Part shown: piece after piece, positions 58,066 to 64,000 of the stretch
Layout: each line of letters begins with the position of its first letter
How positions within the stretch are numbered: the first letter of the stretch is position 1
IMG/VR virus record: IMGVR_UViG_3300048881_000780
DNA length: 64,000 bases
Source of the DNA: a virus
Lineage: Duplodnaviria > Caudoviricetes
Reading direction: 5' to 3' (one strand)
Program-made: the position numbers and the translations under genes
The notes under the pieces: model-generated
Seen by the model: the letters and a program-made list of their open reading frames with translations, nothing else
Database searches by the model: none
Told to the model about the DNA's origin: nothing

Positions 58066-58620
58066 ATGGGTTGGTGGTCAGAAGTTATTATAGGAGGAGA
58101 TCGTCCTCTAGATTGTAGAGCGATTCTATTAGAGAAAATGGGTGTTCCTCACTACGAAGAGAATTCATCAGATAAAGTTAAAAAGGCGCTAAATAGCAGT
58201 TTAGATTCTATTGATCATATGTGCTATGAACTTTTAGAGAGAGGGTATGATTCTATCTCTTACCAAGTGATTGGTGTTATGATTATGGAGTCAGGTGCCA
58301 ATTTTCCAGAAAGTTTAAAATCAAAAGTTATTAAAATGACGAAAATTGATGAATGGTATAGAGAAGGTGACGAGAAAAGAGTTTTCTTTATTGAAGAATT
58401 TATAAAACAAATTGAAGAGTATGACGGAACTGCTGTAGAAGTGGCCACAGAATCTCTTTATGAAGTCTTTTTAAAAAAGAGAACAGAAAAACAAGATGAA
58501 TTCATTCGCTCTCGCACTTACATTAATGGCGCTGAGTTTAAAGACTATAAAGCTGGATTAACTGACCCAGAAGTACTATTAGATGCCGATGATTTAATCG
58601 AGTTTCAAAAAATCAAGTAG
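58066..58620 (+). CDS. Hypothetical protein
   Basis: MGWW...I.GGD.PLD N-terminus. Confidence 0.7.
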   Translation: MGWWSEVIIGGDRPLDCRAILLEKMGVPHYEENSSDKVKKALNSSLDSIDHMCYELLERGYDSISYQVIGVMIMESGANFPESLKSKVIKMTKIDEWYREGDEKRVFFIEEFIKQIEEYDGTAVEVATESLYEVFLKKRTEKQDEFIRSRTYINGAEFKDYKAGLTDPEVLLDADDLIEFQKIK

Positions 58621-58717
58621 GTTAAAGACGAATCCAGTATATGAAATCCCCGAGGGAATAAAAGAGATATTTGATGAAAGAGATGCCCTTTATAAAATAA
58701 TAGACTATAGCTTTGAG

Positions 58718-59041
58718 ATGGATAATATTGAAGCTATGGACTGCTTCTTAAGTGAATCCCAAATCCATGAGTCTCATGTACTACTAAATGATGGTACTCA
58801 GGTCTCTCTATTTTTACCTGGGTATCGTTACTATATTGTCATAGATTCCAGTGGCCTTGGTGATACATTCTCTCATCAATTTGAAGTTACTCGCATTCCT
58901 CTAACTGGCTTAATAAAACAGGCCAGAGATAAGAATCAATCCATTGGAGCATCAAGCATCTCAAGTTCTCTAGAGCAAGAAATTGAGTCGCTTAGTGGTG
59001 ACCAAGTCAGAGAAATATTTAATTTTGTCTTCTTTAATTAA
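58718..59041 (+). CDS. Hypothetical protein
   Basis: ORF. Confidence 0.55.
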   Translation: MDNIEAMDCFLSESQIHESHVLLNDGTQVSLFLPGYRYYIVIDSSGLGDTFSHQFEVTRIPLTGLIKQARDKNQSIGASSISSSLEQEIESLSGDQVREIFNFVFFN

Positions 59042-59101
59042 CAACTTAGCTCTTTAGTTGTATTTTCTTACCATAATAGTATAATACTATAGAGGTAAAT
59101 A

Positions 59102-59629
59102 ATGGATATTAAAAGAGCTCTTGAAGCATTAGATTTTTACTTACTTAACGATGAGTCTAGTCAAAATTATCACTTAGTTATTGGTGGTGGCGCCGCCATG
59201 AATCTATTAAATATCTCTCATCGAGAAACGGAAGATATCGATGTCTTTACACCAAGAATCCTTGGATCTCTTAAGGAAGCAACTAAAGCTGTAGCAAGTA
59301 AATTATCAATTGAAGACGACTGGTTAAATAATGGCATCAACTTCTTTAAGGAAGCTCTTTTGCCAGGTTGGTCAGATAGGTTGGAAACTGTTTACACAGG
59401 TGAAAAAATTAAAGTATCCTCTGTATCTCGAATAGATTTAATTTCTCTTAAATTCATTTCTGAAATTCATCGTGAATCTGATATTATGGATATTAAAAAA
59501 CTGTGCCCCACTATTGAAGAGCTAACTCAAGTGGCCAATTATGTTAAAAAGTACCAATTACATTTAGTAAATGATCGAATATGGCACAAGGAAGTTGATC
59601 ATCTAGTTTCTAGAATCACCAAGGAATAG
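59102..59629 (+). CDS. DUF6036-like nucleotidyltransferase (putative toxin)
   Basis: IGGGAAM.L....RETEDIDV; WLNN; LP GW.DR; DLI.LK; D..DI. Confidence 0.8.
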   Translation: MDIKRALEALDFYLLNDESSQNYHLVIGGGAAMNLLNISHRETEDIDVFTPRILGSLKEATKAVASKLSIEDDWLNNGINFFKEALLPGWSDRLETVYTGEKIKVSSVSRIDLISLKFISEIHRESDIMDIKKLCPTIEELTQVANYVKKYQLHLVNDRIWHKEVDHLVSRITKE

Positions 59630-59631
59630 TT

Positions 59632-60327
59632 GTGAACGAAAGATCTCTAGAAAAGAAGTGGCGAACACTTGGTATCTCTTATCGCTTTAGAGATGAAAGT
59701 AGTGATATTTTCTACTTACCTGAGGATATATTAATTGCTAGTTGTAATTATGATTCCATCAAAGAAAATAAAACTTTCATATCTCATCTACTTATGTGGG
59801 TTGCTGATTATAATAAGTTAATCCATGTGGATCTAATAAAGAAGAAATTCCAAAATCTAACTCCTCTTGGGGTAGTTATTTTATGGAGAGTAATAAAAGA
59901 AATTCAAGATCATGAGTTCGATTCTAGGTGGAATGTTATTTTAAAGATGTGTGAACAATCAATGAATGATAATGACTTATCTAACTTGTCTTTAAGTAGA
60001 GATTCTAAACGAGGTTTTAAAGGGGAAGATTCTCACTTATCAACTTTGGGAGTCTATTCAATACCTCTTACCCCTACTCATAAGAAGAAAATTTATAAGA
60101 GAGAGAGGGTTTTAGGGAGTAATATCTGGCTAAGAAATAGAGTCTTGTTTGGTACTAATTTAAGGGCAGATATCTTCACTATAATTGAAAATGAGATCTG
60201 CTCAAGTCCCTATCAGTGCTCTAAATATCTAGATATATCTCTTAAGACCGCCTACCAACACTGGAATAGCATTAAAGAATTTCAATCTCTAGAAATTAAT
60301 AAAGATTACGAAAATATCGAATTTTAA
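59632..60327 (+). CDS. Partner protein with C-terminal HTH (putative antitoxin)
   Basis: NR.LFG.NLRADI......SPYQ.SK.L.IS..TA. Confidence 0.65.
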   Translation: MNERSLEKKWRTLGISYRFRDESSDIFYLPEDILIASCNYDSIKENKTFISHLLMWVADYNKLIHVDLIKKKFQNLTPLGVVILWRVIKEIQDHEFDSRWNVILKMCEQSMNDNDLSNLSLSRDSKRGFKGEDSHLSTLGVYSIPLTPTHKKKIYKRERVLGSNIWLRNRVLFGTNLRADIFTIIENEICSSPYQCSKYLDISLKTAYQHWNSIKEFQSLEINKDYENIEF

Positions 60328-60395
60328 ATGTTCATATATGTTGCATTAACCCCCGATATCTACGATAAATGATCATATATGATCATTAAATAATT

Positions 60396-60486
60396 TATAT
60401 CTTCAATATATTGTATATTAAATAACATCTATATCTTCAATATATTGTATATTAAATAACATCTGTATCTTCAATATATTGTATAT
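60396..60486. repeat. 34-bp tandem repeat, about 2.7 copies
   Basis: TATATCTTCAATATATTGTATATTAAATAACATC. Confidence 0.85.
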
Positions 60487-60511
60487 ATCCCCTCATTAAA
60501 TAACTTAAATA

Positions 60512-60540
60512 TTGACACATCATGTTAAAAAGATTAAGAT
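60512..60540 (+). promoter_or_regulatory. Promoter with embedded operator
   Basis: TTGACA-17-TAAGAT; TTGACACATCATGTTAA. Confidence 0.85.
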
Positions 60541-60562
60541 AGAGGTAACACCGGGGATAATT

Positions 60563-61039
60563 ATGACAGATTTACTAGATTCGATATATTTCTATTTAAC
60601 ACTAAGGGAGCAAGGTTCTGTTGTTCATGCTGTTGCGTTTGGGTTTCTCTTGACTGGAATAGGGGCCTCGATAATATCTTATAACCATGATTACGATGGG
60701 GTACATGGGAGAACTTTAACTTTCATCACGACTATACTTACTGGTTTAATTGTACTGACTCTAGTATCTGGACTTCACAAACCAGAGGCTCCTTATTGTC
60801 TAAGTAAAAAGATTGATCTTTTAAACAATATTGTTTCAAATGAGTCAAGAAATACGATCATAGATTTCTCTAAGTATTCAGCTGACTACCCTCACTATGA
60901 CCTAAAAACTAAAAAGTTCTCACGTCTAAATTATAAAAAGTTAGAGTTAGTAAAGTGTTCAGAAAGCGAGAAGTTTTTAATTGGTGAAATTTCTAGAAAA
61001 TTTGAGAGTTCTCATTTTTACGATGGGAAACCTATATGA
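60563..61039 (+). CDS. Membrane protein (paralog of 44832)
   Basis: Two TM helices; shared C-terminal domain; ATG 60563. Confidence 0.7.
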   Translation: MTDLLDSIYFYLTLREQGSVVHAVAFGFLLTGIGASIISYNHDYDGVHGRTLTFITTILTGLIVLTLVSGLHKPEAPYCLSKKIDLLNNIVSNESRNTIIDFSKYSADYPHYDLKTKKFSRLNYKKLELVKCSESEKFLIGEISRKFESSHFYDGKPI

Positions 61040-61611
61040 AATATAAAGTATCCGAAGTACCTCAGTATATTAGTGTTGAATATAATACCGAAATTGGTTT
61101 TGGTCACCTCAGAGAGTGGCTAGAAGCTCTAGATCAAGAAACTAAAGAAAACTTTGGCAGTAATTACTGTCTAGATCTTATCCCCGACTTCCAAAGAGGA
61201 CATGTTTGGTCACTGGATCAAAAGGTGGCCTTTGTCGAGCACGTTTTAATGGGTGGTCGATCGGGACTGGAAATTCTATTTAATGCAACCTTTTACGCTA
61301 AATCTAGTGATGGAATCCCAATGGATTCATACTGCGTAGATGGTCTACAGAGAATAAGTGCAGTTCTAGATTTTTTAGACGAGAAGTTTAAAGTATTTCC
61401 TCATTTAAACAATGGTGGATTGTTAGCATCTGACTTTAGAGATCAAAGAAGACTTAAGCAATTTAGATTTAAAGTTCAAGTTGGATCATTTCAAACTAGA
61501 GCAGAAATTCTAGAGTGGTACCTCCAAGTTAATAGTGGTGGAACCCCACACACTAAAGAAGAGCTTGAAAGAGTTAGAAAGCTTCTTAAAAATGAATCCT
61601 CGAGAAAGTAG
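61036..61611 (+). CDS. DUF262 (ParB-like) domain protein
   Basis: PDFQRGHVW, VDGLQR, NSGGT.H. Confidence 0.85.
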   Translation: MKYKVSEVPQYISVEYNTEIGFGHLREWLEALDQETKENFGSNYCLDLIPDFQRGHVWSLDQKVAFVEHVLMGGRSGLEILFNATFYAKSSDGIPMDSYCVDGLQRISAVLDFLDEKFKVFPHLNNGGLLASDFRDQRRLKQFRFKVQVGSFQTRAEILEWYLQVNSGGTPHTKEELERVRKLLKNESSRK

Positions 61612-62339
61612 TGATTCAGAAGAGGCCATTAATTATTCACATTAACTTTAGAATGGATAGAGATTATGAACCTCTTATTTTACCAAATATAGAAAAAGGG
61701 TCGTGGATTCAATTTACAGACTTAGAAAAAGATAGAATTTATCTAAAGGAAAATAGCACAGAAGATCTCCCCTATACAACTGATGGCCTATATAAAATTA
61801 AGACCCATGGAAATATCCCAATTGCAAGACTAATTAAAGACTGTAAACAACTTAGAAAATCGATTTTCAAGATAGAAAGTGGTGATCACCACTTCTATGG
61901 CAATTCAATCATTAAAGGGTGCTCTAATCTTAAAGAATTTATCTCCACTGGTTCTTGCCAAGTTTATAATGCTGGCAGTATGTTTGAAAATTGCACCTCC
62001 TTAGGTATTGTAGATATACAAACTATGTCATTTTTTGAATGTCACTTTATGAGTTATATGTTTTACAATTGTAAAAAATTAAAAGAGATAAAGTTCCCCA
62101 CTAACTTTGGTCGACAAATTGGAAATCTTCACTCTATGTTTTATGGGTGTAATTCTCTAAAAGATATTGATATGGAAGGCTTTAGACCAACTCTTTCAAA
62201 TTGTAACATCGAAGATATCAGAAAGTACTGCCCTGCTAGAATAAGAATTAATAAAACCCTAAGAAAGTGGTCCCCTTTTAAAGATAACCTGGATTTCTAC
62301 ACTCAATCTGTAAATGATTGGATTCAATCGATATCGTAG
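61611..62339 (+). CDS. Divergent BspA-like LRR protein
   Basis: SMFENCTSL, YMFYNCKKL, SMFYGCNSL; C-terminal NDWIQSIS. Confidence 0.75.
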   Translation: MIQKRPLIIHINFRMDRDYEPLILPNIEKGSWIQFTDLEKDRIYLKENSTEDLPYTTDGLYKIKTHGNIPIARLIKDCKQLRKSIFKIESGDHHFYGNSIIKGCSNLKEFISTGSCQVYNAGSMFENCTSLGIVDIQTMSFFECHFMSYMFYNCKKLKEIKFPTNFGRQIGNLHSMFYGCNSLKDIDMEGFRPTLSNCNIEDIRKYCPARIRINKTLRKWSPFKDNLDFYTQSVNDWIQSIS

Positions 62340-62366
62340 GATATTAAGCAAGAGTAAAAAAACATC

Positions 62367-62395
62367 TTAACACCTTACGTTAAAAAATGTATAAT
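62367..62395 (+). promoter_or_regulatory. Promoter with embedded operator
   Basis: TTAACA-17-TATAAT; TTAACACCTTACGTTAA. Confidence 0.8.
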
Positions 62396-62414
62396 ACTAT
62401 ACAAAGGGGAGCAC

Positions 62415-62807
62415 ATGAAAAAAATATACATAATTAAAGTCACAGATCCAGAAGAAGGCACTTTCTATGCTAGCTCATACGATGATAAAGAGAAAGCTGA
62501 ACTTTATATGGTTAAAACTAATCTCGAGGTAAATTCTGACAATATCCAAAAAGCAGAATTAGCTTCCGTGCAGTTAGAATACTTTTATAAAAATATTTAT
62601 TACAACCCAAAAACATTAGAGATATCGGCCCGCATGTCTGATGCGTTTAATACAAGAATCTTTTTTGACGAGGGGAAACTTAGAGCAGAAAGAAAGTCTG
62701 AATTACTTGATAACATTAAGACTCTCAAAGCGATACAAGATGCAAAACCTGTTATCCCAGTAAGCGAGGACGTTCCATCTTTTGATGATATCATAGGTAG
62801 GTTATAG
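62415..62807 (+). CDS. Hypothetical protein
   Basis: GGGGAG RBS. Confidence 0.7.
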   Translation: MKKIYIIKVTDPEEGTFYASSYDDKEKAELYMVKTNLEVNSDNIQKAELASVQLEYFYKNIYYNPKTLEISARMSDAFNTRIFFDEGKLRAERKSELLDNIKTLKAIQDAKPVIPVSEDVPSFDDIIGRL

Positions 62808-63206
62808 TTTATCTTTACTTCTATTTAATAAATCTTTATTCGTAGAAGATAAGAAGCTCTTACACCAAGAAATCAAATCTTTTCTGAAATCTGCAAAGAG
62901 ATCGAACTTAAAGACTTTTGTCTCGGTCTCTTTTTGCCATGGGTATTTATAGTAGAAAACAATTAATTCAGAATCGGCTATCTCAAATTTGTAATTGGCA
63001 AAAGAAAAGGATTCTTTAGTACCTGTAAAAAGCTCTAAGAGTCCTCTTAATTCTCTTCTTGATAATTCTATTTCATCTATTCTGGTTATTCTGTTTTTTA
63101 AAAACAGAATAGGTCTAACTATATCACTTTCTACAATTTCAAAGTACATTACAACCCTTGATTTATCAGTGACTAGCTCTGTTATACCTCTTCTGTCTTC
63201 GAACAT
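62802..63206 (-). CDS. Hypothetical protein
   Basis: ORF convergent with 62415. Confidence 0.6.
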   Translation of the reverse strand: MFEDRRGITELVTDKSRVVMYFEIVESDIVRPILFLKNRITRIDEIELSRRELRGLLELFTGTKESFSFANYKFEIADSELIVFYYKYPWQKETETKVFKFDLFADFRKDLISWCKSFLSSTNKDLLNRSKDKL

Positions 63207-63262
63207 AAATATTTCTCACTACTATTGTTATATATCTGTAATTATACCATATTAGCAATTAG

Positions 63263-63279
63263 TTAACACAACTTGTTAA
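63263..63279. promoter_or_regulatory. 17-bp palindromic operator
   Basis: TTAACACAACTTGTTAA. Confidence 0.8.
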
Positions 63280-63491
63280 TAATTAATTGACCATTATCAG
63301 ATTAATAAGTTATACTTAGATTGATCCAATGTGAATCTCACCTCTTGGTTCAAACAGAGGAGACTCTGGCCCTAGGACTCATAAGCGAGATGGCGATATC
63401 TTTGATCATTTAATTGCTTAAAATCTTTATAATTATGCAATTTTGATAATTCCTAGACTCAGATTTATACTTGCATTGGTGCGGAGATTTT

Positions 63492-64000
63492 ATGAAAAAC
63501 CTAATTATTCAAACAAAAGAAGATCTACAAAAAGCGAAAGAGGATTTTAAAAACTCCTACTTTAATAACTTTAATCAAAAAATAAGAAACTCAAAAGTTG
63601 AAGCCTTTATGGCCGACTTCTATGGTTTCAAAGATTATAATTCGCTACTTGGTTCATTTAAGAATGAAGCTATGAAATTTAGCAGTTTTAATGAAATGCT
63701 CTCCTATTTTCAAGGTGAAAGTGCCACTTATGAAGAAAAGGTTCATATTGCGTCAAAATACTTTCCATTAAATATGGGAATGGTTGAATCTTCGGGCAAT
63801 AAAAACTTGGGGGTAATTGTAGCAGTTGAAGATGGACCTACTATGAGTTGTTATCGGGACGTAGAAGAGCTTTATGTGTGGTTTAACTTCTTTAATAGGT
63901 CTAAGCTCAATAAATCTATTGAGAAGGCCGTAGAGCGCTCTAGAGAGCCCGTATTATCTAAATCAAGGAAGAGATATGCTCTCGATGATATACTTCCTCA
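63492..64000 (+). CDS. Hypothetical protein (paralog of 44043), runs off the right edge
   Basis: MKNLIIQTKEDL...RNSKVEAFMADFYGFKDYNSLLGSF; open to the window end; GGAG RBS. Confidence 0.8.
   Translation, partial: MKNLIIQTKEDLQKAKEDFKNSYFNNFNQKIRNSKVEAFMADFYGFKDYNSLLGSFKNEAMKFSSFNEMLSYFQGESATYEEKVHIASKYFPLNMGMVESSGNKNLGVIVAVEDGPTMSCYRDVEELYVWFNFFNRSKLNKSIEKAVERSREPVLSKSRKRYALDDILP

Noticed and set aside
28085-60562. Extended starts of track ORFs at 29521, 52511, 57146, 57190 and 60512
   Set aside because: These TTG/ATG codons fall in or beside operator-promoters; downstream ATGs have proper RBSs
1-64000. Definite classification as phage or plasmid; IS elements
   Set aside because: No capsid, terminase, tra, rep, integrase or transposase genes are recognisable in this window

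Overview
AT-rich (about 30% GC by eye), gene-dense, mixed-strand region of roughly 100 mostly small genes. It looks like the accessory region of a very large mobile replicon (megaplasmid, phage-plasmid or jumbo phage); no virion, conjugation or rep genes are recognisable here, so the replicon type is unresolved. Recognisable products: CobT-like vWA protein, CbbQ/NirQ/CobS-type AAA+ ATPase, five BspA/DUF285-type LRR proteins, type IA topoisomerase (TopB-like), NAD-dependent DNA ligase, two DNA methyltransferases, PAPS-reductase-family protein, DEDDh exonuclease, HD hydrolase, DUF262 and SWIB proteins, a voltage-gated-type ion channel, two DUF6036-like nucleotidyltransferase/partner pairs, and a heme-oxygenase-like oxidase + soluble histidine kinase + LuxI-like acyltransferase cassette. 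Three window-wide patterns are not explained by gene annotation. (1) Ten proteins from at least four unrelated families end in the same motif, N-x-W-[IL]-x-[SA]-[LI]-x(1-2)-stop. (2) Two loci each carry a divergent pair of small RNAs: a near-identical 88-nt GU-rich/anti-SD RNA facing a ~126-nt CA-rich RNA. (3) A 17-bp palindrome, TTRACR-N5-YGTYAA, occurs in at least 28 promoter regions. All family calls are from motif recognition by eye; no searches were run.
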